DNA of 64,000 bases. It comes from Methanobacteriota archaeon (lineage in GTDB: Archaea; Halobacteriota; Bog-38; Methanoflorentales; Methanoflorentaceae). The notes below the pieces were generated by a model. That model searched no databases. It was not told where the DNA came from and was given only the letters and a program-made list of their open reading frames with translations. A program made the translations under genes and the position numbers. Shown piece after piece: positions 43,198 to 54,773 of the stretch; the first letter of the stretch is position 1, and each line of letters opens with the position of its first letter. Where the stretch lies: assembly GCA_963720465.1 (NCBI GenBank), contig OY970393.1, positions 736,001 through 800,000 on the forward strand. The letters are read 5' to 3'.

Positions 43198-43718
43198 TCA
43201 GAGGACCCTAGACGCGAACGGGATCTTCAGAACCAGATAGGCTGCCGCAAAACAGAGCGGAACCGTGATCACCGCTGCCAGACCGAACTTGAGCAGGTGC
43301 TCGAGAGAGAGTCCCATCAGCGCAACGGCAACGAATACGATGATTGGGGCCTGGATGACATAGACGGTGTAGGAGTGTCGCTGTAGGAATCGGGTGAAGC
43401 TGCCCGACCAGTTGAACCGGTCACGGAAGAGCGTGACCAGTCCGAGGGTCATTCCCACCGCAACGGTCGAATCCCACAGCGCATAGACCGCAGACTGCCA
43501 GGACCCGTAGCCTGTACATTTATGACGCCTCCGCTGATCGCAATGGGAAAGACAATGATCGTCGCGACCAGCACGGCGAGCGCCAGTGGGTCGTTGAGGG
43601 TCGGCTCCACGTAATAGAAGGCCCCCGCCGCAGTGTAAACGATTGCCAGGTGGTGCAGCACCACCAGCGTGATCAGCCAGGTCCGCAGGTTGTCGGCGAA
43701 ATAGAGGCGACCGGACAA
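43198..43718 (-). pseudogene. Acyltransferase-3 (OpgC-like) with a large internal deletion
   Basis: RLYFADNLR..L..LVVLHH N-terminus joined directly to the C-terminal helices (SYTVYVI.API). Confidence 0.75.
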
Positions 43719-43748
43719 GTTTCTTGGCGGAGGAGGTGTTTCTGCCGC

Positions 43749-44081
43749 TTAAGGCCGCGGGGGCTTGAGCGATTCGTACAAATTGTCGAAATATACTTTT
43801 AGTTCTTCGATCATCGGTTCTAATTTTTCAATAAAAGCCGTTCCCCCCAGCCGTGTTATTTCGTGTTCAGCCTCGCCGATATCTTGATCTAGCTGCGTGA
43901 CTAGGTTTAACGCCTCATCACGTAAGGCGACCGCATCGGTAAGCATAGCCATTGCTTTTCGTATGACGTCTTCTGCCTCGGTCGTAGAAAGCGACTCGTA
44001 CCGCTTCATCCACCACGCGATATCGTCTTTATGCCGGTACTTTGCGCCGGCTACGCCCCCGCGCAGAGATGGCATCTTCAT
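43749..44081 (-). CDS. Hypothetical coiled-coil protein
   Basis: ORF. Confidence 0.45.
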   Translation of the reverse strand: MKMPSLRGGVAGAKYRHKDDIAWWMKRYESLSTTEAEDVIRKAMAMLTDAVALRDEALNLVTQLDQDIGEAEHEITRLGGTAFIEKLEPMIEELKVYFDNLYESLKPPRP

Positions 44082-44155
44082 CTATTCCACCTTGTCTTGC
44101 AACATCGGCTCATCCGCCTGTTACGAGGACCCTAGAACGGTATGTCGATTGACGT

Positions 44156-44695
44156 CTACAGTATTACCGGCGTGATATTGACGTCAGTCGTAACAAAGCT
44201 GTATTCCAACTCAGAAACCGGCCGCCCAAAGAACGCAGCCGGAAAGTCCTGCGTTAAAAGCGCATTGTGTATTTCGACATCGTAATATCGGCCGTATTTA
44301 GTGTGTGCGAAAGTGCCCTTTATGGCCACGCAGGGTAAAGAGAAGTCGCTAAGCTGACGTAAAGTGAATTTTTCATAGAGCATAGCATGTAGTTCTTCCG
44401 GACCGGGATCCCATTTACTATAACTAGCAGGGCCTATCGTCTCTTTTGGATCAAGTATAACAGAGAAATCCCCTTCGACAAAAACTCGCAGCAGTTCGAT
44501 CTTCGCTTTGTTATCCGGACTATCGTCAAATACATATGTTTTAATAACCTTAAAAGACGCCTTTTCTAGTTGTGGATAATGACCATCGCTAGTTTTAATA
44601 ATCAACTCCGTGGTCTTATGCTTCTGGTCTTTCACTAGAGTATATTCGTCTTGAACAACGTAACTTCCACTTTCGGGTGCATACAATTCGTACAT
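44156..44695 (-). CDS. Hypothetical protein
   Basis: ORF. Confidence 0.55.
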   Translation of the reverse strand: MYELYAPESGSYVVQDEYTLVKDQKHKTTELIIKTSDGHYPQLEKASFKVIKTYVFDDSPDNKAKIELLRVFVEGDFSVILDPKETIGPASYSKWDPGPEELHAMLYEKFTLRQLSDFSLPCVAIKGTFAHTKYGRYYDVEIHNALLTQDFPAAFFGRPVSELEYSFVTTDVNITPVIL

Positions 44696-45043
44696 ATTCT
44701 CACCAGCGATGTTAATGCGCAGTCATGTGTCTGATTAGAACGAAGAATGTTTTGCTCAGAAAGGACAGCAGATATAGAATGCAATATGTGCGCCAGTTTC
44801 GTCTCACGACTCTGTCTCGACAAGCACGTACAAACGCGCTAGCGTTGTTGTTTTTGCTCATTCCGGCAGTTGAAAAAGCAGAGAAATCAAATTTAAACGT
44901 TTGCTGGCATTTTTGCTTATAGCCACCTTTGCAGCGCTTGTGCTGTGCCCCGATTAACGGCATTATGGAAGATTAAATAACTTGGAACACAAGAACTAGT
45001 TACAGCGACGCTGAGATTGTAAAGCAAAGGAGTAATTTTTGAT

Positions 45044-46201
45044 ATGTCTCCGTCTTCTACCGATGATAATGAAAAATTGAGCGATGAAAAATCAAAGAGA
45101 TATGTTCGTCCAATAAACGAGTTATGGGCAATGTGGGGCCCTAGAGTCAGAATGAGGATTTACCCCTTCACTTATGCGGTATACGAAGATGTGGAACGGG
45201 TGATGACTAGTCTCACGACTTATGACAGAGACAAGTGGGCAGCCGCGTGGAGCTCGATAGCCAAACCATATGAAGAAAAAGCAGCCCAAGCGGACAAAAC
45301 AGGCGATGCCCAAAACGCGAAAGAAAACTATCTCCGAGCCTACCAATACTACAGACTTGCTCGGTACCCAACTATTAATTCGGACGGAAAAAAGCAAGCC
45401 TACAGGAAGTCACAGGAGATGCTCTTTAAGGCTTCGCAATTCTTTGACATTCCACTGGAACGCGTTGAAATACCATTCATCGGAAAAACGGGGGAAGGCA
45501 ACAAGATTGTTGCTTATTTGCGATTGCCAAAAAAGGGCTCGGCGCCTTTTCCCGTGCTTGTAAGCTGGGGTGGAATCGACGGTTTCAAGGAAGAACAGCT
45601 AAATGACCCTGCTCTGGAGCATGGCCTAGCCACTTGTGCAATTGATGGGCCTGGAGTTGGTGACTCGCCACTCAAAGGCTCAGAGGATGCGGAAAGACTA
45701 TTCGGAGCAGTCTTCGACTGGATTGCGACGAATGAGACCTTGGACTCTCATCGGATTGGAGTCTGGGGTTATAGTACTGGCGGTTATTGGGCAGTGAAGG
45801 TTGCCCATATTTACAAAGACAAAATAGCCTGCGCTGTAAGTCAGGGTGGACCCGTCCACTATGCTTTCGAGCTGGACTGGATCCATAAGCAAGACACAGG
45901 AGAATACCCTTTTGAATTCTTCGAAACTATCACTTACGCCTTCGGATTGCCCGGTTACAAGGAATGGGTAGAATACGCACCTAAGCTCTCTCTGCTTAAA
46001 CAAGGCATCTTAGACAAGCCAAGTGCACCCCTATTACTTATCAACGGAATACACGATTCAGTGTTTCCAATCAAAGACTATTACTTGCTCCTTGAACATG
46101 GCAGTCCAAAATGCGCTAGATTTTATGAAGCTGGACACATGGGATTCACCCGCGACACGTTTGACACTATTATGAACTGGATGTACGAAAAGTTAGGCTG
46201 A
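45044..46201 (+). CDS. Alpha/beta hydrolase (FrsA/DUF1100-like)
   Basis: GGIDGFKE, DGPGVG, GYSTGG nucleophile elbow, NG..D, GHMG. Confidence 0.9.
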   Translation: MSPSSTDDNEKLSDEKSKRYVRPINELWAMWGPRVRMRIYPFTYAVYEDVERVMTSLTTYDRDKWAAAWSSIAKPYEEKAAQADKTGDAQNAKENYLRAYQYYRLARYPTINSDGKKQAYRKSQEMLFKASQFFDIPLERVEIPFIGKTGEGNKIVAYLRLPKKGSAPFPVLVSWGGIDGFKEEQLNDPALEHGLATCAIDGPGVGDSPLKGSEDAERLFGAVFDWIATNETLDSHRIGVWGYSTGGYWAVKVAHIYKDKIACAVSQGGPVHYAFELDWIHKQDTGEYPFEFFETITYAFGLPGYKEWVEYAPKLSLLKQGILDKPSAPLLLINGIHDSVFPIKDYYLLLEHGSPKCARFYEAGHMGFTRDTFDTIMNWMYEKLG

Positions 46202-46495
46202 AAAATGGCGCTGAAATGCTGGGCTCATTGTTGACTTTTATTCAGTCGCTAATAATAACAAAAACGGGAAGCTAGCTGCAGCCGCAGCAGGAATGAAAGA
46301 AGACATTAAGGAGGGAAATAGTAAATGCCACATCCACTTTTGGCAGCACTGAGAATTACCGTAAGCATCGTCGTAGTCGTTGTACTGATCTGGGGGGCCT
46401 ACACGCTGACGCAGATACGCAAAACTCTTGAGCAGCTTCGGAAGCCGTAGCTGCCTTGCATGATTTTTTTGAGCGGTTCTACTGTCTCCCCGATT

Positions 46496-46616
46496 GAATT
46501 CCAAGTCTCTCCAATATCGCATATACACGTCATACACGTGCTGGGGGAGCGGATGCAGATTATTACTCCACTGAACTCCCGCAGCTGTGGTGAAACACAC
46601 GATCGATTCGACTTAT
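46496..46616 (-). pseudogene. Tyrosine recombinase, extreme C-terminal remnant
   Basis: GVQW...HPLPQHVYDVYMRYWRD; shares acgtgtatgacgtgtatat with 12782-12800. Confidence 0.85.
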
Positions 46617-47159
46617 TCTTCTGATCACCCAGCGCTGCACGGCAATTTTGATTGCAGAGTAGGATCTTTGCACTCCCCGTGTGGCAAATCTATTCTGCAA
46701 GAAGTTCTAGGCGCAAAATACCAGCTTATTTTACATTGTGCTGCGTTAGATAGCTAGATATGCGTTATTATCTAAAAATAGCGAACCTAGTAGGCGCTAA
46801 GGTGCGCAACGCTCACATTGTAAATCTTGTCCTCGCGCCTTGCAGCCAGTTGAATGCTAGACAGCGAAGCCTTTGTAAGGCGACTGACAAGAAATGCATA
46901 GGTAACCCTTATCGATAGATAGAACAGCAGGTTTACTTTTCTTTTTGCTTAGCTCCTGATCTTATTATTTTTTTGATTTTGACGGCTTATAGGCCTTCTA
47001 TCGAGGTAATATAGCTGAGCCCTCCAACAGCTCTAAATTTAAAAATAAACGATAAAAGAGCTGATAGAAAGAATAACTAGAAAACGCTGCAGTATGTTGA
47101 AACCTATACCTAAAGAAAAAAAAAGAAAGAGATTTTATGTATTCAAGGTTATGACTGAA

Positions 47160-47318
47160 TTATCGTGTGAATAAGGCAGCAATTCCACCTAAGAACAATA
47201 TGATAATTGCGAGCCAAGCTAGCCAAATTACCAAAAATGGAAACAGCGCTAAGATGATTGCGAGTATAACAGCAAGTAGTATCATCCCACCGCCACTCAG
47301 TTGTCTTCTCTCAGCCAT
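47160..47318 (-). CDS. 52-aa two-TM membrane protein
   Basis: ggaggtga SD; MAERRQLSGGGMILLAV...AALFTR. Confidence 0.75.
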   Translation of the reverse strand: MAERRQLSGGGMILLAVILAIILALFPFLVIWLAWLAIIILFLGGIAALFTR

Positions 47319-47676
47319 GATTTTCACCTCCCTGCTGAATTTTAGTTAGAGCTTTATATTTATCTGTTTCTTTATTGAGTGGAAAACACTGAATTTACGA
47401 GTTTCTTTCGGGTTCAGACGTTCGCCGCAATGCGGGTAGCCGAATTTGAAGGTAAATCTTGCATTTTTGTCGAAAGCCGACCAATTTTAGCCGTTCTATG
47501 CACCGAAAGCGATTAGGGCAACTCCTATAATAACAAATAGGGATATGAACTCCTTCATTTTTCTTCCATCATGTTTCTATTCTTTATTACTATTATAGCA
47601 ATTGTAGGCGCCATTGTATGCTCCAAGGGACGACAAAATGTGCAGCAAAAGAAAAAGAAAAGGGGCCAAAGCCCCT

Positions 47677-48192
47677 TCACGCGGTCACTACGACGGTGTG
47701 CGCTGCGCGGTCTCCTATCCGCTGTCTCGTATCCGACGTCCATATAAGAATTGCACCGAGCAAGAACGGAATAACGTACGGTATTGCGTCGATGATCAGC
47801 AGTAAGGAACGCACAAGTGCATCAACATAGCCAATCTTTGAGCCATCCTCTTTGACCACTTTTATCTTCATGGCCATCATGCCCACCGTCTGTCCATACG
47901 CTCCCAAGAGGAGAGTGAAATAGATGAGCACAACGAGTGCTGATATGGTGCTGCCGAGTCCTGCGAGCGAATTTGCTGTGCTGGATACGTGAAAGGTTCC
48001 ATTGGCAAAACTCGCGCTATTGAAGACGGGCGTTTGCAAAGGACTGGCGAAAACTGCCGCAATAATGCCTGCAATAATGACATCAATAAGAAGAGCTACG
48101 AATCTGACACCGACGCTACGGTACTGCAGCGGGGCTGGGGCCATTTCAGGGGCTGGGGCCATTTCAGGGGCTGGGGTCATTTCATTTGCCAT
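47677..48192 (-). CDS. RDD-family membrane protein
   Basis: RFVALLID, GQTVGM, QRIGDRAA.T.VV; N-terminal 18-bp (EMAPAP) x3 tandem repeat. Confidence 0.92.
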   Translation of the reverse strand: MANEMTPAPEMAPAPEMAPAPLQYRSVGVRFVALLIDVIIAGIIAAVFASPLQTPVFNSASFANGTFHVSSTANSLAGLGSTISALVVLIYFTLLLGAYGQTVGMMAMKIKVVKEDGSKIGYVDALVRSLLLIIDAIPYVIPFLLGAILIWTSDTRQRIGDRAAHTVVVTA

Positions 48193-49500
48193 TCGTTCAC
48201 CTCCTTTGTGGCTGTCGCCTAGTTGTGTGTCTTTAGGTAAAAACATATGGATCGGATAGAAGCACCCGTCGCTACTTGTTGCACGACGCGCGATGCTGCA
48301 CCATGCTGTAAAAAGGCAGTGGGCGCCAACGTGATGGTCAATCCGACCTTACCCGAGCGAATTTTTCCAATTGCTATACATCGCTGTTGTGCCTGTGTTT
48401 ATGATCGTCGCCCACTGAGCGCGCTATGCGACAGAAACCCAAGGCTGAACCCAATCATGGCGGCCCAACTGAGTGCGAGGGGGTCGCCGCACTGCCAAAC
48501 AAGCCGAGATTAAACCCATCAACGACATAGGTAATCGGCGAAAAATAGACGGCGATCCGTGCAAACCCCAGCCCTGATTGTCAAAAAATGGAAGCCAGAA
48601 CAGCTGCCTTAAGTTTCAGTTATGCACCAGCCCTAATTCTTTCAGCGACTTTCGCTCGTCCTGATGGGCGATAAGCACGATATTTTAGGCTCTCGCCCGA
48701 TCCGGTGCACGACATAAGAATCATCAAACTCAACAAGCTTATCGCCAGTCTTGCGGAACGTCGCTCCCGCGAACCGTAACAAGTGAATAGTGGTTGCTTA
48801 TCTGTGTTTCCTCTAATGACGCAATCTTCAATGATGTCTGCCTGATGCTCTTATAAAACCCGCTTGCTTGGCGCGTTCCCTTTGACCAATAGCAAGCGCA
48901 GAGAAGATATATCCATTTTTAGATTTCCTTTGATGCAGAGCCTCTTTTTTGGCCTATTGCTTCAAGGAAGTCGATCGCACAAAAGCCGGTTACATCTATC
49001 CAATGACAAGATTGCCGTGCATTAGCAGCGCTCAAACCGAAACATAACGTTCCTTGCGTGGGGGGTCTTCCTTCGTTTTTTTTTAAGTGTTTGACTTGAC
49101 CTTAAGCTGTCATCGGCCACTATGAGGGCTCACTCCCACCGTAATTATTAAATAGAATGATTAATAATGACAGAATCACTATGATGAACAACCTTCTAAC
49201 GATTTCAGAGAAGGCAACCCAAACGGCAAACCTGTTTGGCATAGACTCAGAGAGAAGATCGCGGCTATCCGCTGCACTAGCCATTACCGTGTGCCTAGGC
49301 AGTATCTGTTCGTGGAGCCTCATCCGGGCACCGCGTCAGAAGCTTTTTTCGATAGATGCGGCAGCACGTTCATTAGCGTTCATCGTATTTCTACGGTCTT
49401 TGCCATTCTAAAGCCGCTTGCTGAACGGCCCTTGGCAAATGACAGTTGCTGCATTTGAGTGGATACACACGTGACTAAAAAAATTCAGGAGAGTAAACGT

Positions 49501-50097
49501 ATGACAAACGAATCAGAAGAGATCGACGTCACCCATGTGAGGAACCTGGACGTGACCGCAAACCCAGCGGCGCTCGGGCTGACGGCCTTCGGGATGACGA
49601 CCGTCCTTTTGAACTTAAGCAATGCGGGGTACTTTGCGCTCGGTTCGATGATCCTCGCGATGGGGATCTTCTACGGAGGCCTCGCCCAGATTATTGCCGG
49701 GATCATGGAGTGGAAGAAGAACAACACGTTCGGGATGACCGCATTCCTGTCTTTCGGGTTTTTCTGGGAGACTCTTGTCGCCCTTCTGATCCTTCCGAAA
49801 CTAGGGCTCGCGGATGCGGCAAGCGCGAATGCGTTGGCGGCATATTTTGTGATGTGGGGGATCTTTACGCTCGTCATGTTCATCGGGTCGCTCAAAGCAA
49901 ACCGGGCATTGCAGGTTGTCCTTGGCTTACTTACCGTTCTGTTCTTCCTACTGGCAATCGGTGAGATGACAGGGAACGCCAACATAGTCACGATTGCCGG
50001 CTATGAAGGGATCCTCACCGGTTTCGTGGCAATCTATGCCGGCCTCGCGCAGGTATTAAACGAGATGTACAAGAGGACCGTTGCTCCGCTGGGGTGA
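49501..50097 (+). CDS. satP: Acetate uptake transporter (SatP/GPR1/FUN34/YaaH)
   Basis: [27 protein letters not shown]. Confidence 0.93.
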   Translation: MTNESEEIDVTHVRNLDVTANPAALGLTAFGMTTVLLNLSNAGYFALGSMILAMGIFYGGLAQIIAGIMEWKKNNTFGMTAFLSFGFFWETLVALLILPKLGLADAASANALAAYFVMWGIFTLVMFIGSLKANRALQVVLGLLTVLFFLLAIGEMTGNANIVTIAGYEGILTGFVAIYAGLAQVLNEMYKRTVAPLG

Positions 50098-50228
50098 ATA
50101 GAACTCCCTGCATCACTCGCAGGGATTCTCTTTTTATTTTCTGAAAACCGGTGCTTTTGCGCAGATGAATATTTTGCTGGAACGAAGCAAATAATCGATT
50201 TTACGAGAACCAACAAAGGAGTGGCATT

Positions 50229-52175
50229 ATGGAGGCAGAAGGAGATAAACACCAAAAAATGAAAAGCGAACGGCAGGAGGACGTCTCAGTTCTCCTTAAA
50301 GAAGAGCGTCTCTTCACTCCGCGGAAGGAAGTGACCGATCTCGCGCACGTGCAAGACTGGGATACCGAGCTCGCTGCAGGGGAGGACATCGAAGCGTACT
50401 GGGCTGAAAAGGCACAGCAGTTCGAATGGTTTGCGCCGTGGACACAGACTCTGGACACGAGTGGGGCACCATTTTACAAATGGTTTGTCGGCGGCAAAAC
50501 GAACATCGCGTACAACGCTGTCGACCGCCATGTCCGGACTGATAAACGATACAAGCTCGCCATCCTCTACGTCAACGAGCGCGGCGACGAGCGGAAGGTC
50601 ACCTACTATGAGCTGTATCGGGAGGTCAACAAGGCAGCAAACGCGCTCAAAAAACTGGGAGTGAAAAAAGGGGATCGCGTTGCGCTCTACCTACCGCCGT
50701 GCGTTGAATCGGTCGTTTCCATGCTTGCCTGCGCGAAGATTGGGGCCGTGCATAACGTCGTGTATGCCGGGTTCAGCGTGCACGCCTTAGCAGAGCGAAT
50801 TAACGACGCGAAGGCAAAGGTGCTGATAACGGCGGACGGAACGTTCAGGCGGGGGCAGGTGATCGACCTGAAACAGGTCTCAGACGAGGCGGTCAGCAGC
50901 TGTCCGAGCATCGAGACGACGATCGTCGTAAAGCACGCGGGGAATCCGGTAACGATGTCAGACCTTAGCGGAAAAGAGGTGTTTTTCCACACCCTGGTCG
51001 AGGGCGAACCGGCCGAATGTCGGGTCGAGTCCATGGACGCTGAAGACATCCTTTACATCCTGTACACCTCGGGCAGCACAGGGAAGCCAAAGGGCGTCGT
51101 GCACACCACAGGCGGCTACATGGTCGAGACCGCGACTTCGCTCAAAGACGTCTTTGATATCCACGACGATGACCTGTGGTGGTGCACGGCGGACATCGGG
51201 TGGGTCACGGGACACAGCTACGTCGTGTACGCACCGCTGCTCCTGGGGACCACAACGCTCGTCTACGAGGGCGCCCCCGACTACCCGCAACCTGACGCAT
51301 TCTGGAGCATCGTCGAACGGTACGGGGTCACGAAGTTCTACACCGCCCCGACGGCGATTCGGCACTTGATGCGGTTTGGCGACAAGTGGCCCCAGTGTCG
51401 TGACTTGCGATCACTCAGAATACTCGGCACCGTCGGCGAGCCAATCAACCCGGAGGCGTGGATGTGGTACTACACGCACGTCGGTAATGAGCGCTGCCCG
51501 ATCATGGACACGTGGTGGCAAACCGAAACGGGAAGCTTTATGATATCCCCCTTGCCGACGGCTCCGCTGAAACCTGGATCGGCGACCAAGCCACTACCGG
51601 GGATCCGCGCAGACGTGGTCGATAAGGACGGGAAACCGGTGCCTCCCGGGAAGGGTGGATTTCTCATCATAACCACGCCGTGGCCTTCGATGCTCAGGAC
51701 GCTCTACAAGGATCCTGAACGGTACGTGAAAACGTCCTGGGAAGTGATTCCCGGTGGCGCGTACTGTCCCGGGGACATTGCACGAAAGGACAAGGACGGG
51801 TACCTCTGGATTCAAGGGAGGGCCGATGACGTGCTCAAGATCGCCGGCCATCGAATCGGAACGAGCGAGGTGGAATCTGCCTTCGTCAGCCATGCGACTG
51901 TGTCAGAGGCCGCGGTTATCGGGAAACCTGACCCGATACGAAACGAGGTTATTAAAGCGTTTCTCATCCTCAAAGAAGGACAATTGGGTGATGCGCACTT
52001 GATGGAGGAGCTTAAGAAACATGTGCGACACGAGTTAGGGCCGGTTGCCGTGGTCGGAGAAATCGTCTTCGTCCAAGCCCTTCCTAAGACGCGCAGCGGA
52101 AAGATCATGCGGAGGGTTCTCAAAGCACGAGAGCTTGGCATTGACGCCGGTGATGTGACTACGCTCGTGGAATGA
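50229..52175 (+). CDS. acs: AMP-forming acetyl-CoA synthetase
   Basis: [29 protein letters not shown]. Confidence 0.97.
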   Translation: MEAEGDKHQKMKSERQEDVSVLLKEERLFTPRKEVTDLAHVQDWDTELAAGEDIEAYWAEKAQQFEWFAPWTQTLDTSGAPFYKWFVGGKTNIAYNAVDRHVRTDKRYKLAILYVNERGDERKVTYYELYREVNKAANALKKLGVKKGDRVALYLPPCVESVVSMLACAKIGAVHNVVYAGFSVHALAERINDAKAKVLITADGTFRRGQVIDLKQVSDEAVSSCPSIETTIVVKHAGNPVTMSDLSGKEVFFHTLVEGEPAECRVESMDAEDILYILYTSGSTGKPKGVVHTTGGYMVETATSLKDVFDIHDDDLWWCTADIGWVTGHSYVVYAPLLLGTTTLVYEGAPDYPQPDAFWSIVERYGVTKFYTAPTAIRHLMRFGDKWPQCRDLRSLRILGTVGEPINPEAWMWYYTHVGNERCPIMDTWWQTETGSFMISPLPTAPLKPGSATKPLPGIRADVVDKDGKPVPPGKGGFLIITTPWPSMLRTLYKDPERYVKTSWEVIPGGAYCPGDIARKDKDGYLWIQGRADDVLKIAGHRIGTSEVESAFVSHATVSEAAVIGKPDPIRNEVIKAFLILKEGQLGDAHLMEELKKHVRHELGPVAVVGEIVFVQALPKTRSGKIMRRVLKARELGIDAGDVTTLVE

Positions 52176-52626
52176 GCTTCTGCCAGCTTTTTGCAGGATT
52201 AAACGGCCTTAAAGTTACGCCAAAAGGCAATTCGGTGACGTGAAAAAAGGGCATTTACTCCTCCGTTGATCGAAATTAGCTATCAAAAACGGCCATCTCC
52301 TGCGCATTCGGCTAAAAAGTGGCTGTCGCTTCACCGTGTCACTTGGAGATATCGCTCGTTGGTCATACGTTTCGCCTCAATCGCGCGGCTAGGTAAACCG
52401 TTTCCGACGCGGGCGGATCTACTTCCGGCATTAGTAACTCTTGTCTCGCGCAATGCCCGCCGTAGAAATGGCGCGTCATCACTTTGCTGTGATCTCTTTC
52501 GTTCCTCCTATACAGACCGCATCAAAAGCCGTTCTTAAAAAATCACAACAGTTTTTGGTTTCCTTAGCTCCGATAGGCAAATCAGAGATATCACAAATGG
52601 TAGGAGTAGAGAGCGCTTCTCAAACT

Positions 52627-54024
52627 CTATCGTTTTCTCATGAGAATGTATATTGCTCCCACTACAAGCGCTGGTATGCCTAAGCCTAGGAGCGAGAACT
52701 CACCGACGGGCTGGGGCGGCAAACTCGCCACGCTACTCGTCTGTGCGCTCGCCTGTTCTGTCGGCACTGCAATTCCAGGCACCGAGGCATTCGTCGTGTC
52801 AGTTGTCACGGGAGCAAGCTGTGTTGCCTGTGGACTTGGCGTTGAAGCTGCTGTTACGACAGTTGGCTTTGCGGTTGCTGTTACGACCGTTGGCTTTGCG
52901 GTTGCTTTTACGACCGTTGGCTTTGCGGTTGCTACGACCGTTGGCTTTGCGGTTGCTTTTACGACCGTTGGCTTTGCGGTTGCTACGACCGTTGGCTTTG
53001 CGGTTGCTGTTACGACCGTTGGCTTTGCGGTTGCTACGACCGTTGGCTTTGCGGTTGCTTTTACGACCGTCGACTTTGCGGTTGCTGTTACGACAGTTGG
53101 CTTTGTGGTGGGAGTCTTTGCAACGAGCTTCTGCGTTGGCGTGGGCGTCACCTTAGGTGCGGGTGTAGCAGTCGGCTTGATGGTCGGCGTCGCGGTTGTC
53201 CATGCCAGTTTATCGGTGTTCCAGCTTCCACCACTGCTAAAATCAACGATCGAATTGTATTGCCGGTATACAAAGAAGCCGCCGTTGAGCCAGGCAGTCT
53301 TGACTGATGCGATGCTGTTCCCGTCTGAAGCCGTATTTCCGAGGTTCGCGCCGCCTACTGCGTCGTTGTACCACGATCCGGTTCCGCTAAGCGCGCCGCC
53401 AGTCTCGTCCCAATGGGTTTGATGCACAGGGGCGTTTCCGTCCTCACCGATCCAGACCGTCGGATATGGTTCGTGTCCCGGCCCTGCACTGGTGTCCCAC
53501 GAAATTTGAACGTAATAATTGTGGCCTGCGCGGAGTACGGTATCAGTTGGGATGTACCACCGCGCCCCGCTGCCGCCGGTCGTGGCGCGGTAGATCGTCA
53601 GTTCGCTGTGGCTGGCGCCGTAGTTGGTGTCAATTTCAATCATGAAACCGCCATACGCTTTGTCCCAAATTTTCTGGAAGCGCTGGCCGGGTACTACTCC
53701 GGCGAAATGAAACCCTATCTCCCACGAAACGACGTTCTGGTTGTTGGTTGCGGTGCCCGCCGGGATGCCGATAAAATCATTTTGCCCGATGGTACCCCAA
53801 TATGGGTAGCCGTTTGATTGGGTCTGAAATAAGCTGGGGGTGCTGACGTACGCGTTATAGCTGGTTCCTGCCGTTCCCTGGTTGACCCACGTTGATCCCG
53901 CTTGGGGGACGTAATATATCGTGGGGCTAGGCTGTGCTGCCACTAGGGTGGTTGTAACGCCTGTAAATAATACAGTAATGAGGAGGGTGACTACACAAAT
54001 TGAAACGATATTGTGTGCGCGCAT
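52627..54024 (-). CDS. Secreted surface protein: beta-rich domain, Thr/Pro linker, C-terminal sorting-like anchor
   Basis: Signal peptide; (TAKPTVV) repeats; GEF-TM-RKR tail. Confidence 0.85.
   Translation of the reverse strand: MRAHNIVSICVVTLLITVLFTGVTTTLVAAQPSPTIYYVPQAGSTWVNQGTAGTSYNAYVSTPSLFQTQSNGYPYWGTIGQNDFIGIPAGTATNNQNVVSWEIGFHFAGVVPGQRFQKIWDKAYGGFMIEIDTNYGASHSELTIYRATTGGSGARWYIPTDTVLRAGHNYYVQISWDTSAGPGHEPYPTVWIGEDGNAPVHQTHWDETGGALSGTGSWYNDAVGGANLGNTASDGNSIASVKTAWLNGGFFVYRQYNSIVDFSSGGSWNTDKLAWTTATPTIKPTATPAPKVTPTPTQKLVAKTPTTKPTVVTATAKSTVVKATAKPTVVATAKPTVVTATAKPTVVATAKPTVVKATAKPTVVATAKPTVVKATAKPTVVTATAKPTVVTAASTPSPQATQLAPVTTDTTNASVPGIAVPTEQASAQTSSVASLPPQPVGEFSLLGLGIPALVVGAIYILMRKR
52846..53104 (-). 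repeat. 24/27-bp coding tandem repeats
   Basis: acgaccgttggctttgcggttgct units, about ten copies. Confidence 0.95.
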
Positions 54025-54086
54025 AGGTTGCCTCGGAAAGACGTGTTTGACGTAAAATGTTGCTTAACGAAAAACGCGTTACAGAA

Positions 54087-54100
54087 GTATATAAAAGCTT
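54087..54100 (-). promoter_or_regulatory. Archaeal TATA box
   Basis: aagcTTTTATATac ~65 bp upstream of the start. Confidence 0.6.
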
Positions 54101-54503
54101 TGGTTGTGCGTGACCATAAAAACGATGCTGCGGTGTTCAAATGGCCAAAAAATGGCTACGATCGAACGATTAAACTTCCGCCTGGTCGCCTTTCTGTGTT
54201 CCACCGCCCGCGTCGCAGCCGCTTAGCCGGTGCCTCTTCTTTCTTAGCGGGTTCTTCCTCTTCGGAGTGCTGCGCAGTCAGTCTTTGAAACGCAGCTAGC
54301 CGGTACGCGCAAACCCGCCGTGAGAGCAACAATCCATACGGCAAGCGTTTCCAAGATGATTGCGCGCGTTGCTGTTCATTTGTTCTTAGTCGTCGAAGGC
54401 TAATCATAACGACTAAATGACAGTGTCGACTTTCCACGACTGGAGTTGAATCAAAATGGTGACCACCACGCCATACGGCGTTCATAAGAACCCTGCTCGG
54501 CAC

Positions 54504-54665
54504 GAGGTTCAGCGCGGGACGATAAGTGCCACGACGCGAAAGCAGGATACGACTATCCGACGATTCGGCTTCCCTTCACGTTATCAGGGATTATTGGGTT
54601 GCAGACGCGTATCTACCAGACGGTTCACGAACAGGGCACTTGCGTCCCTTGTGGTTGTCTCGCCG
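54504..54665 (+). pseudogene. intN-like ORF remnant
   Basis: HDAKAGYDYPTIRLPFTLSGIIGLQTRIYQTVHE / ALASLVVVSP aligns with ORF 65-289. Confidence 0.85.
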
Positions 54666-54773
54666 ACGTCAACAAGCACTGCAGATAAACACAATTCACG
54701 GGCCCAAAACGGGTTACTGCAAACGTCTTTAGAACCAGACGTTCTCTTCGGACCATAAAAAAGAGGTTGACTT

